Source: Myxococcales bacterium (GTDB lineage: Bacteria; Myxococcota_A; Polyangia; Palsa-1104; SHYY01). Taken from it: a stretch of 64,000 nucleotides of DNA. Location of the stretch: positions 3,860-67,859 of the forward strand of contig SHYY01000005.1 of NCBI GenBank assembly GCA_009692555.1. Direction: 5' to 3'. The notes beneath the pieces were generated by a model. That model ran no database searches. It saw only the letters and a list, made by a program, of their open reading frames with translations, and was not told the DNA's origin. Positions within the stretch are counted from its first letter, which is position 1, and every line of letters begins with the position of its first letter. Of the stretch, positions 18,563 to 30,975 are shown piece by piece. The position numbers and the translations under genes were made by a program.

Positions 18563-19336
18563 TTGAGGCCGGTGGAGCCCTGGGCCCTCGCTCTGATGTG
18601 CGTCGTGGCGCTGCTGGCGGCGCTGGTCGGCGTGGTCACCGGCGGCAACTCGCTGTTCACCGTGCCGGTGATGCTCTCCCTCGGGATGGCGCCGCGCCAG
18701 GCGATCGCCACCAACATGTTCGCGGTCACCTTCCTGGCCCTCTCGGGGGGCGTTCGCTTCGCGCAGAAGCAGCCGGTGCGCTGGGACCTCACCCTCCCGC
18801 TCGGCGCCCTCACCCTCGTGACGTCGTGGTGGGGAGCGCACCTCGTCACGTCGCTGTCGGAGCGGACGGTGCGCGGGGTGGTGGCCGGCTCGATGGTGGC
18901 GATGGTGCTGTTTCTCCTCGCCAGGCCGGGCTTCGGCGAGGCGCCGGCGCACGCGGTGTCGAAGGCCCGCTTCGCCGTCGGGATGGCGGTGGGAGCGCTC
19001 CTCGGGATCTACGGCGGGCTGTTCTCCGGCGGCTACACCACGCTGCTCACCTTCGCCTGCGTGGCGCTGCTCGGGACCAGCCTGGTCGAGGCCGTGGGGA
19101 TGACCAAGCTGGTCAACTTCGCCTCCTCGGCGATCGCCTCGCTGGAGTTCGCGCGTCACGGATTGATCGACTACCGGGTGGCGGTGCCGATGGCGGCGGC
19201 GATGACCGTCGGTGCGTGGCTGGGGGCGCACCTCGCGATCACGCGCGGCCACCGCTACGTCCGGATCGTCTTCCTCGGCGGCGTCGGGCTGCTCGCGGCG
19301 AAGCTGGTGGTGTTCGACCTGCTTCTCGCGCGGTAG
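18563..19336 (+). CDS. Sulfite exporter TauE/SafE (TSUP) family membrane protein
   Basis: GVVTGGNSL, AIATN, GIYGGLFSGG, TKLVNFASS; about 8 hydrophobic helices. Confidence 0.88.
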   Translation: MRPVEPWALALMCVVALLAALVGVVTGGNSLFTVPVMLSLGMAPRQAIATNMFAVTFLALSGGVRFAQKQPVRWDLTLPLGALTLVTSWWGAHLVTSLSERTVRGVVAGSMVAMVLFLLARPGFGEAPAHAVSKARFAVGMAVGALLGIYGGLFSGGYTTLLTFACVALLGTSLVEAVGMTKLVNFASSAIASLEFARHGLIDYRVAVPMAAAMTVGAWLGAHLAITRGHRYVRIVFLGGVGLLAAKLVVFDLLLAR

Positions 19337-19368
19337 GCGTATACTCGGCGGCGATCGGAGCACCAGCC

Positions 19369-19998
19369 ATGCGGAGCCTGAACAGGGTGATTCTCGGGGG
19401 ATTTCTCGTCGCCCAGGTGGCGCGGGCGGGCGATGATCCGCTGGCCTCGGCGGACGAAGCCTACGGTGCCGCGCGCTACCAGCAGGCGCACGATCTCGCG
19501 CTCAAGGTGGCGCTCGCCAGCGACGAGCCGGGGCTTTCGAGCCCCGCGCGCTCGAAGGGGGCGCGGGCGTGGCGGCTGGCCGGCGCATCGAGCTGCTTCC
19601 TCAAGGACCGCCCGGGATCGCTGACCGCGCTGGCGCACCTCACCAAGGAGGACATCGAGTTCGTGCGCTTCGCGTGCAAGCGCCAGGCGATCGAGTTCAC
19701 CGACGACGAGATCCACATCGCCGCCTCGCCGGCGCGCCCCGAGATGCAGGAGGCGCAGGCCGCCTACGACGCCGCGAAGTACCCGCTGGCGAAGAAGCTC
19801 GCGCTCGCCGCCACGGTCGCCGATCCGAAGCTCTCGGTGGCGTGGCGCTTGCTCGGCGCGGCGTCGTGCTGGACCAAGGATAAGACCACCGCCCAGCGCG
19901 CCTGCGAGCACCTCCAGCCCGTCGACCAGGAGTTCATCCGCTCGACGTGCGCGCGCACCCTCGGGGTGAAGCTGCAAAACCCGCGGGTCCTCCGGTAG
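19369..19998 (+). CDS. Secreted helical protein with two internal repeats
   Basis: Signal peptide; repeated AY.AA.Y..A..LAL...AWRL.GA.SC..KD...EF.R..C units. Confidence 0.75.
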   Translation: MRSLNRVILGGFLVAQVARAGDDPLASADEAYGAARYQQAHDLALKVALASDEPGLSSPARSKGARAWRLAGASSCFLKDRPGSLTALAHLTKEDIEFVRFACKRQAIEFTDDEIHIAASPARPEMQEAQAAYDAAKYPLAKKLALAATVADPKLSVAWRLLGAASCWTKDKTTAQRACEHLQPVDQEFIRSTCARTLGVKLQNPRVLR

Positions 19999-20014
19999 CC
20001 CGCCGTCAGCTTCT

Positions 20015-20042
20015 TTGACCCCTGGTGCCAGTCGGCTATGCT
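20015..20042 (+). promoter_or_regulatory. Possible sigma70 promoter for the 20072 lipoprotein gene
   Basis: TTGACC (20015) - 16 nt - TATGCT (20037). Confidence 0.35.
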
Positions 20043-20071
20043 TCGCCCGGTCGACGAGGAGACGCCGCGCG

Positions 20072-20371
20072 ATGAGGAGCCTGCTGATCGGTTTGATTTC
20101 GGGTGCGGTGCTGATCGCCGGAGGCTGCGGCGATGACGACTACGGCCACGAACGGCCCCCCGGCGACATGGCCCGCGATCTGACCGCGGTGGTGGGGGAC
20201 GGGGGTCCGGGGGATCTCTCCGCAGCCGTCGACATGGCCCGTGACCTCACTGCTACAGGCGACCTACGCGGCAGCGATGGCGCGGCAGGCGATGCCCAGG
20301 TCGATGCCCAGGTCGACGCCCAGGTCGATGCCCAGCCGGCCGACCTGGCCGCCACCGACGCCAAGGGTTAG
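20072..20371 (+). CDS. Small low-complexity lipoprotein
   Basis: IAGGC lipobox; DMARDLTA twice; DAQV tandem repeat (12-bp DNA repeat at 20291-20335). Confidence 0.7.
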   Translation: MRSLLIGLISGAVLIAGGCGDDDYGHERPPGDMARDLTAVVGDGGPGDLSAAVDMARDLTATGDLRGSDGAAGDAQVDAQVDAQVDAQPADLAATDAKG

Positions 20372-21471
20372 TCCTCGCTCTTTTCCTCGGTCGCGGCGCT
20401 CGCCGCCGGTGCCTCCTCGGCCTCCTCCTCCTCGTCGTCCGATCCCTTGAACGGATTCATCAGCGTTCCGGTGACCGCGATGTAGATGCTCGAGGTCGCC
20501 ACGGGATCCGGATCGAACACCACCCACTGGGTTCGCACGCCCACCTCGAGCCCGATCAGGAAGTCCGGGTTGAGCGGCATGGTCGCGCCCGCACCGACGA
20601 GGAAACCGCCGGTGAGCGCGTTGCCATCCTTGCCGGGCTGGATGGTGAACAGCGCGCCGACGTTGCCGCCCGCGATGGCGTAGACGCGCAGCTTGCCGCG
20701 CAGGAGCGAGCCGACGAAGGGCGCGAAGTCGAGGCCGCCGGTGATGCCGCCGAAGGAGACCTCGGCCTTGGTGCTGGCGGTCGCCGAGTACTCGATGTCG
20801 GCGGCGACGAGGAAGGAGCGCGTCTGGTACCCGACCCGCAGGCCGGGACCGAACGAGGTGGAGGCGAGGATGGTGTAGCGCGAGTTCCAGTCGAGGGTGA
20901 GGACGCTGGTGGCGATCACCGGCTGGACCGCCAGGCCGGTCGGGAGATCGATCACCTGGGCCGCCGGTCTCGCCGTGCGCCGCTTCTTCGCCGGGCCCGC
21001 CGCCTGGGCCGCCGCGACCTCGACCTCCCACTCCTTCGCCTCGGGGTTCCAGCGCCGCTTCGTCACCTTGCGCCGCCCCCGCGGGTCGTATTCGGTGGTG
21101 GTCCAGCTCCCGCCGATCTGCGCGCCCTTCGGGTCGAAGCGCGCGGTCTCCTTGTCGACCTCGCGCCCGCCCTTGTAGTCCCAGCTGGTCTTGGTCTCGG
21201 TCGCGCCTTCGGCGTAGTAGACGCGCCGCTCCTTGTGCACCAGGCGCCCCTCGTCGTCGTACTTGTAGGTGGTCTGCTCGCGCAGCTTGCCCGCGGGATC
21301 GAACTCCTTCTCCGAGGTGGGACGCCCCTCCTCGTCGGTGACGTGCTCGGCCTTGCCGCCGTAGGTCCCGCGCTGGGCGGGCGCATCGGCAGCCCCCGCG
21401 GGGGAAATCCCCGGGCCGACGAGCAGCCACGCGGCGGCGAGCAGCGAAAGAGTCCCCTGGGTCAGCCTCAT
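20368..21471 (-). CDS. Secreted protein: YD/RHS-like repeats plus outer-membrane beta-strand domain
   Basis: Signal peptide MRLTQGTLSLLAAAWLL; TYKYDDEGRLV and TEYDPRGRR repeats; alternating beta-strands (GLRVGYQ, GAGATMPL, IGLEVGVR); GGAGG RBS upstream. Confidence 0.75.
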   Translation of the reverse strand: MRLTQGTLSLLAAAWLLVGPGISPAGAADAPAQRGTYGGKAEHVTDEEGRPTSEKEFDPAGKLREQTTYKYDDEGRLVHKERRVYYAEGATETKTSWDYKGGREVDKETARFDPKGAQIGGSWTTTEYDPRGRRKVTKRRWNPEAKEWEVEVAAAQAAGPAKKRRTARPAAQVIDLPTGLAVQPVIATSVLTLDWNSRYTILASTSFGPGLRVGYQTRSFLVAADIEYSATASTKAEVSFGGITGGLDFAPFVGSLLRGKLRVYAIAGGNVGALFTIQPGKDGNALTGGFLVGAGATMPLNPDFLIGLEVGVRTQWVVFDPDPVATSSIYIAVTGTLMNPFKGSDDEEEEAEEAPAASAATEEKSED

Positions 21472-21571
21472 CGTGAATCCTCCTGCCCACCAGAAACCCG
21501 GGGCCCGTCGAAAAGGCAACCTTTTTCTCGTCGGGCGAGCGGATGGAAGGGGCGAGTCCCAGAAGCCCACC

Positions 21572-21995
21572 GTGCGCCGTGAAGCGGCGCCTTGCACCAC
21601 CAACCCCGTGGGATGAAAAGGAACCCACCCTGGCAAGAGTCGAGCAACCAGGTAGCCCGGCCCCCTGCGTGACACCGCGAGGTGTCCAGCAGAAGCGGGG
21701 CCTGCATGTCGTCGGCGGCAATCCACGGCTGCGAAGTGACGGGCCGCAACGCACAGTCAACCCAGATGTAGCCTCGTTAGAGAATGGAGAGGCCGAGTCT
21801 CTGGAGATCGGGCGAAGGCAGCATGTGTGGGCGATGGGCTCGAAGAACGCGCCGACGCACTCTCCCGGGGTAGCAGGGGCGGCACGTCGCGACGGGAAGG
21901 CGCTGAACACGGGAGACCTCGTCCGGTGCGGGTGGCACCCGCAACCGCAGGCACAAGGCCGCGAGCCGATGCTCACGCGCTTGTGCCGGAGAGGT
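21572..21995 (+). mobile_element. Group II intron 5' fragment (domains I and II, no ORF)
   Basis: Starts GTGCG. DI closing stems ccgtg (21577) / cacgg (21908) and cggcgcctt (21585) / aaggcgctg (21897). Typical aacacgggagacc junction. DII stem acctcgtccgg / ccggagaggt. No recognisable DIII follows. Confidence 0.75.
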
Positions 21996-22024
21996 GATCC
22001 CCCGCGCGAGAGTGCCCCTGAATC

Positions 22025-22054
22025 GACTACGACTACGACTACGACTACGACTAC
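22025..22054. repeat. (GACTAC)5 microsatellite
   Basis: Five perfect hexamers, intergenic. Confidence 0.95.
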
Positions 22055-22150
22055 GTGAGCGGAGGGACCCCCTTCTTCGTTAAGCACCCACGCATGAGGG
22101 CGGGTTGGACGGATCGAGGCTGAGGCCCTACATTGGCCGCGAGGAGTCCC

Positions 22151-22477
22151 ATGACGCTGCGAGGGCTGGAGCCGGAGCTTGCGACCCTGAAGCCGAGTGA
22201 AAAAGCGGAGGTCGTTCGCCGGTTCGCTCTTGAGATCGCCCACTGTTGGCCGGGGATCGAGAGGACGTCAGGCGTGGTAGGCGGCGATGCGTGCATCGTG
22301 CCGACGAGGATCCCTGTGTGGGCGCTCGATAACTACCGCCGCCTCGCGTGGAGCCAAGCGCGAATCCTGGAGAACTACCCGGGTCTACGGGCGGCGGATC
22401 CCGTGAACGCCTGGGCCTACGCGGACGCCCACCGGGATGAGATCGACGTCGCCATCCGGGAGAACGAGACGGCGTAG
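22151..22477 (+). CDS. DUF433 family antitoxin
   Basis: GIERTSGVVGGDACIVPTRIPVW...ILENYPGL...AWAYADAHRDEIDVAIRENE; GAGGAG RBS. Confidence 0.85.
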   Translation: MTLRGLEPELATLKPSEKAEVVRRFALEIAHCWPGIERTSGVVGGDACIVPTRIPVWALDNYRRLAWSQARILENYPGLRAADPVNAWAYADAHRDEIDVAIRENETA

Positions 22478-22480
22478 GCG

Positions 22481-22821
22481 ATGGCGCGACTCTACGTGGA
22501 CGAAAACTTCCCGTTCGCCGTCGTCAAGGGATGGCGGGAACGCGGGCACGACGCGCTCACGGCGGCCGAAGCCGGTAACGCCAACCGCGCCCTCCCCGAT
22601 GAGGAGGTGCTGGCATTCGCCGCGCGCGAAGGGCGGGCGGTCCTCACGCTCAACCGACGCGACTTCGTTCGGCTCCACCGGGAGCGACCGCTGCACGGAG
22701 GGATCATCGTCTGCACGCAGGACGAAGATGCCCCCGGACAGGCGGAGCGGATCCACGGGACGATCACCGGTTGACCTCGCTGGACCGGCAGCTCGTGCGC
22801 GTGAACCGACCTGCGCGCTGA
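22481..22821 (+). pseudogene. DUF5615 family PIN-like toxin, frameshifted near the C-terminus
   Basis: LYVDENFP, GHDALT, DEEVLAFA, VLTLNRRDF, HGGII. Stops at 22774, but a family-like tail SLDRQLVRVNRPAR* continues in another frame to 22821. Confidence 0.7.
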
Positions 22822-22970
22822 TCCGGTCGAGGGAACCAGGCGAGCGGCGGCGTCGCCGAGGAGGACGAGATGGTGGCCGCGGGCGAGCCGAAGGGCGGGC
22901 CCGGACAGCACCCGGCGCTGCCCCGCCCCACGAAGCCGCCTCCGCGCGGATCGCGTCGGCCGACCCCTCT

Positions 22971-23180
22971 TCAGCGAGGGCGGGCGCACAGCGACGGTAG
23001 GGACGGCTGCGGGCCACCGGCGCTCGCCAGCGGTCGCGAGGCGAAGAGCTGGATCTGGGGCAGCTCATCGTCGCCCGCGGGCTCCTCCGGGTCGTCGAGG
23101 CGACCGCGACGGCCCAGCAGATCCAGGACGCTCTTGATGATCCGGCGGAGCAGGTCGGCGACCTCGTCGTCCGTCCGGGG
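22971..23180 (-). pseudogene. Probable IS91-family (Y2) transposase fragment
   Basis: Startless frame PRTDDEVADLLRRIIKSVLDLLGRRGRLDD...LPSLCARPR*. Resembles, from recall, the PTDEEV..LL..I...V..LL.RRG segment of IS91-like transposases. Confidence 0.45.
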
Positions 23181-23262
23181 GCACTCCCCCCGCAGATCTT
23201 ATTCAGTCCAGGGGAGCCTGGAGGCAGACGATGGAAGCGCGGACGCGCGGCTTCATCGTTGC

Positions 23263-23358
23263 GGGAACGGCAACGGCAACGGCAACGGCAACGGGAACGG
23301 CAACGGGAACGGCAACGGGAACGGCAACGGGAACGGCAACGGCAACGGCAACGGCAAC
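23263..23358. repeat. (GGSAAC)16 hexamer microsatellite
   Basis: 16 tandem GGCAAC/GGGAAC units just past the stop of the sigma54 regulator. Confidence 0.95.
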
Positions 23359-23366
23359 GGACCGCT

Positions 23367-24916
<1,550 letters not shown>

Positions 24917-24920
<4 letters not shown>

Positions 24921-26671
24921 CCGTTGCCATGGTCATCGGGTGGGGCCGTCTCGGGAGCTGGGAGGAAGACGCGGAACACCGTGCCACCCTCGGGGCGCCC
25001 TTCGATCTCGATCCATCCGTCGTGATCCTTGACGATTCCCTGCGAGACCGCAAGCCCGAGGCCGGTGCCCCCGCCGTCCTGCTTGGTGGAGTAGAAGGGC
25101 TCGAAGATCCGCTCGCGATCCTCGAGCGGGATACCGATGCCGTTATCGGCGATCTCGAGCACGAGGTAGGGGCCCTCCGGCGCGGTGTCGAGCCCCGGCT
25201 TGCGACGGCGGAGCGCGCGGATCGCGATCTCCATCGTGCCGCCCGCGCCCATCGCCTGGATCGCGTTGATGCACAGGTTCAAGCACACCTGCTGGAGCTG
25301 ATCGCCGTCACCGATCACCACCGAATTCTCGGGGATGCCCGCGCCGGGGTCGCGAGCGAGTGGCTGCGCGCGCACCGCGATGTTCGAGGCGGCGAGCTGG
25401 TGCTCGAGGAAGTCGATCGAGTCCTTGACGACGGTGGCGAGGTCGACCGGGCCGCGCACGGCGACCTTCTTGCGCGCGTAGTCGAGGAGCTGCTGGATGA
25501 TCTTGGTGATGCGTGCGGCCTGGGCGGCGATGATCCCGGCGTTCTTCGCCACCTCGACGGGATCGCCCGATTTCTTCTCCATGGTGCGGGCGCGGCCGCC
25601 GATCACGTTGAGCGGTGTGCCGACCTCGTGGGCGATGCCCGCGGCGAGCTGGCCGATGGTGGCGAGCTTCTCGGAGTGGCGGAGGCGCGCCTCGAGCGCC
25701 AGCTTGGCTTCGAGGCCGCGCTGGGTCTCGACCCGAGCCTCGCGGAGGCTGGCGGTCATCTGGTTGAAGCGGTCGGCGAGGTCGCCGATCTCGTCGCCGC
25801 GCTCGCGCAGGATGGCGCGGGTGAGGTCGCCGTGGGAGACCTCGTCGATGCCCTCGACCAGGCGCTTCAGCGGGCCTGCGATGCCGCTGCGCGTCGTCAG
25901 CCACACCAGCCCGGCGAGCACCAGCCCGACCAGGACGACGGTCGCCGCGACGTTGCGCTGGGTCGCGGCGAGGGTGCGCTCGGCGTCCGATGCGTCGCGC
26001 ACCAGCTCGACGGCGGCGACGACGTTCTGCTGCTCGTCGCGGATCGGCACGACGTAGGCGTAGAGGTGGCGATCGTCGCTCTCGAGGTGCTCGCCGAAGG
26101 GCTCGCCGGTGATCTGGACACGACGCAGACGCGCCTCGCGGGTGCCGTCGGCGGGCGGCGGCGTCAGCTCCTCGTCGTCCCCGGCGCCGCCGTCGTGGAG
26201 CAGCGCGCCGAGGCTGCCGGGCGTGCCGCTCGAAGGTGCTCCACCGTCGAGCCGGGGAGCGATCCCCGGGGTGGGCGTGGGGGCGGGTGCGGCGGGGCGG
26301 AGGTCGAGATACTCGATCCGCAAGGTCTCCTCGCGGGCCCGCACCCGCGCGATCAGGCGCCGTGGATCCTCGGCGTGGAGCGCCTCCTGGAGCGCTGCCG
26401 GAAGCGCGCTCCCGAGCGCCTCCGACTGGTAGATCACCGGGTAGAGGTTCCGGAGCTGGCGCTGCAGCTCCGCGGCTCCACGCACCTTGCGCGCCGCCGC
26501 GGCCGACGACTCCAGCGAGATCTGCAGCGCGCTGCCGAGGGAGTGGGTCTGGCGCTCGAGATCGTCGGCCAGCTCGGCGCGCCGGATCCGCACCGAGACG
26601 TACCCGTAGACGCCGAGGGCGATGATCACCAGCGTACCGACCGAGATCGTGATCCGGGTGCCGAGCTTCAC
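24917..26671 (-). CDS. HAMP-domain sensor histidine kinase
   Basis: Two TMs, [14 protein letters not shown]-box, [30 protein letters not shown]. Confidence 0.95.
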
Positions 26672-27312
26672 GAGAGTGGGTCAAGTAGAGCGGCGTAGAC
26701 CCGCGACGGCTTGACGTGGCGGTAGCGTTCGCAGCGTACCCGGAGGCGGAGGAGGCGGAACAGCAGCTCCTCGCGCGGGCGGCGATCGCGGCGCGCCTGG
26801 ATCACCTGGCTTCGTACGCCCTCTTCGGCCTCGCGCGGGTGGAAGCAGAAGGTGCGCGCGAACAGCAGCTCCGGCGGCGCGCTGACGTCGGCGATCAGGC
26901 GTCCGTCGAAGAGTTCGCCCGGGCCCAGGCCGGCGAGCTGCCGTCGCTCGTGCACCCGGAAGGTACCGCCGCCCCATAGATCGTCGAGCAGCACTCCGTC
27001 GGAGAAGGCGGTCCGGACCTGGAAGAGGCTGCGGTGCGAGCAGGCGAGGGCGGCGAGCTCGTCGCGCCGGGCCTGGTCCGCGGGCCCCGTCGCCTGGGCC
27101 CCCTGGATCTGCGCCTCGATCGGCGCGCGTCCGCCCGGGCGGAAGTCAATCAGGAACCACTCGAGGAAGGCCGAGGCGCGCTCCTCGAACAGCGGCTCGT
27201 CGTCGTGGACCACCCCGGCGAGGCGATCCCACTCCGCGCGCGCGGTCATCAGCGCCGGTTGATCGAGGACCGCCTGCGCGATCGCGCGGTCGAGCTCCTG
27301 GTGGACGATCAT
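26668..27312 (-). CDS. Conserved hypothetical protein
   Basis: [10 protein letters not shown]...FLEWFLID...HRSLFQV...FCFHP; overlaps both neighbours by 4 bp. Confidence 0.75.
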   Translation of the reverse strand: MIVHQELDRAIAQAVLDQPALMTARAEWDRLAGVVHDDEPLFEERASAFLEWFLIDFRPGGRAPIEAQIQGAQATGPADQARRDELAALACSHRSLFQVRTAFSDGVLLDDLWGGGTFRVHERRQLAGLGPGELFDGRLIADVSAPPELLFARTFCFHPREAEEGVRSQVIQARRDRRPREELLFRLLRLRVRCERYRHVKPSRVYAALLDPLS

Positions 27313-28473
27313 GCGCCGCGGCGTGCGATCGTCGGCCGCCGTCCCCAATCGTCCATCAGACCCACGAAGCCCTCGAAGAGGTAGCCGGCGTCGTGCGGTC
27401 CCGGCGACGCCTCAGGGTGGTATTGCACGCTGAAGACCGGGCGCCCGGCGAGGCGCATCCCCTCGACGGTGCCATCGTTCAGGTTCACATGCGAGAGCTC
27501 GGCGCGACCTGCGAGGCTCGCGACGTCGACCGCGAAGCCGTGGTTCTGGGAGGTGATCTCGACCTTGCGGGTGGCGAGGTCCATCACCGGCTGGTTGGCG
27601 CCGTGGTGGCCGAACTTGAGCTTGTAGGTGGTGCCGCCGAGGGCGAGGCCCAGGATCTGGTGGCCGAGGCAGATCCCGAAGAGGGGGCGGCCGGAGTCGA
27701 GCAGGCGGCGGCACGCCTCGGCGGCGTAGGGCACCGCGGCGGGATCGCCCGGACCGTTGGAGAGGAAGATCCCGTCGGGGGCGAGGGCGAGCGCCTCCTC
27801 GGCGGGCGTCGCGGCGGGGACCACCGTCACCCGGCAGCCGAAATCGACCAGACGGCGGAGGATGCTGCGCTTGATCCCGAAATCGTAGGCCACCACGTGA
27901 TGGCGGGCGGCGGGCAGGAGCGCGGCGTCCTGCGCGTGGCGCCACGAGGGCTCGCTCCACGGGTAGGGCTCCCGGGCGGTGACCTCGCGGACCAGGTCGC
28001 GCCCGGCGAGGCCGGGGGTGGCGCGCACCCGGTCGATGAGGTCGGCGTCGCTGGCGCTCTCGTCGGTGGAGAGGAGTCCGCGCAGCATGCCGAGGGTGCG
28101 GAGCTTGCGCGTCAGGGCGCGCGTGTCGATGCCGGCGAGGCCGGAGACCCCCGCCCGCGCGAGGTGATCGGAGAGCGATTCGCGGCCGCGCCACGACGAG
28201 AACCGCGGCGACAGCGCGCGAACCACCAGCCCCGCGAGCCACGCCCGGGGGGACTCGTCGTCCTCGGGGTTGCATCCCACGTTGCCCATCTCGGGGGCGG
28301 TCATCACCACGATCTGGCCGCGGTAGGAGGGATCGGAGAGCACCTCCTGGTAGCCGGTGATCGCGGTGTTGAAGACGACTTCTCCGTCGCTGTCGCCGCC
28401 GCGCGCCCCGAACGCCTCGCCGCGGAAGATCGTTCCGTCCTCGAGCGCCAGGCGGCCGCTGCGAAGCTCCAGC

Positions 28474-28481
<8 letters not shown>
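27309..28481 (-). CDS. carA: Carbamoyl-phosphate synthase small subunit
   Basis: [54 protein letters not shown]. Confidence 0.97.
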
Positions 28482-29796
<1,315 letters not shown>

Positions 29797-29808
29797 CGAG
29801 GCGCGGTT

Positions 29809-30909
29809 CTACTCGATCGCAACGGCGCGCTCAAGCGGAAGCGTCGGCGCCAGCCACGTGGTCTCGATCCATTCGAGCGTCTCCCGCATCTCGGGCTGGC
29901 CGCACAGCCAGGCGGCGTGCTGATCGAGGTTCCGGTACAGCTCGGCCGGATCGCCGTAGAACGCCTTTGCCACCTGCTTGAGCTCCGCCATCGGCGGGGA
30001 GTAGCGGTAGAACCTTCGCCCGAGCAGCTGATGGCACTGGAAGGTGACCTGCTCGATCGATCCCTGGAGGAGGAGGTCGGCGAGGAAGAGCGGGCGAAGG
30101 AGGATCCACTGCATCCAGCCCCAGTTGAGGTCGCCGGAGGCGCTGACCGCGCGCCACGGATCGAGCGTCTTCAGGGTGCCGAGGAGGCCGTCCCGGATCT
30201 TGCCTGTGACGCTTTTTCGCTCGGCCAGCGACTCGCGCCCGCCCATGGAGAAGAGGGTCATGTGGCGTAGCCGATCGCTCTCGGCCTCGCCCGGGAGCGG
30301 TGGGTCGGTGACCTTCATGTACTGGAGACCGCTGGCGAGCGCGCCCATCGCCGGGTTGTTGGCGACCACGCCGCCGTCGAGGTAGAAGTTGTCGTTGTTG
30401 CCGCTGTGGAGCGGCAGCAGCATCGGGAAGGCGCTGCTCGCCAGCGCCGCGTCGACGAGAGTGACCTCGGAGTGGCCTTCGGGGACGAAGTTGCGGAACA
30501 GGTGGGGGCGCCAGTGGAAGGCGTCGAAGGTGACGATGGTCGCCAGCCGATCGAGGTCGCCGAGGGTGAGGGTGCCGTAGATCTCGGGCTGCTGGAGAAA
30601 GGACCGGAGATCGCGCGAGAGGTTGAGGGGTCCGCCACCGAGCAGCAGGCGGACGGTGCGGCCGGAGGTGGCGTGGAGCACCTTGCAAAGCCCGTTGGAG
30701 AAGGCGATGCAGCCGTCGATGATCTCGAGCGGCTTCATCTTGCCCTCGGCGAGGCGGGCGGCGAGGTAGAGGGCGGTGAAGGCGCCGTCGGAGGTGCCGG
30801 CGAACATCTCGGTGGCGGCGAGGGTGCCGGGGCGCTTTTCCTCCATGTGGCGGAGGAGGCGGATCAGCAGGAGCGGGGAGGGCCCGCCGTCGATGGCCAG
30901 TACTCGCAT
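29809..30909 (-). CDS. Patatin-like phospholipase
   Basis: LAIDGG, GTSDG nucleophile, ASSAFP, YLDGGVVANNP. Confidence 0.85.
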   Translation of the reverse strand: MRVLAIDGGPSPLLLIRLLRHMEEKRPGTLAATEMFAGTSDGAFTALYLAARLAEGKMKPLEIIDGCIAFSNGLCKVLHATSGRTVRLLLGGGPLNLSRDLRSFLQQPEIYGTLTLGDLDRLATIVTFDAFHWRPHLFRNFVPEGHSEVTLVDAALASSAFPMLLPLHSGNNDNFYLDGGVVANNPAMGALASGLQYMKVTDPPLPGEAESDRLRHMTLFSMGGRESLAERKSVTGKIRDGLLGTLKTLDPWRAVSASGDLNWGWMQWILLRPLFLADLLLQGSIEQVTFQCHQLLGRRFYRYSPPMAELKQVAKAFYGDPAELYRNLDQHAAWLCGQPEMRETLEWIETTWLAPTLPLERAVAIE

Positions 30910-30975
30910 CGGTTTCCTCGCTTGGCGCGTATGCAGCGACGGGACGGTACCACGGCGGGGGAGCGCGTCGCGCGG

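Noticed and set aside
21543-22058. 171-aa ORF ending in poly-Thr
   Set aside because: Overlaps the structured group II intron RNA and the GACTAC microsatellite; not protein-like.
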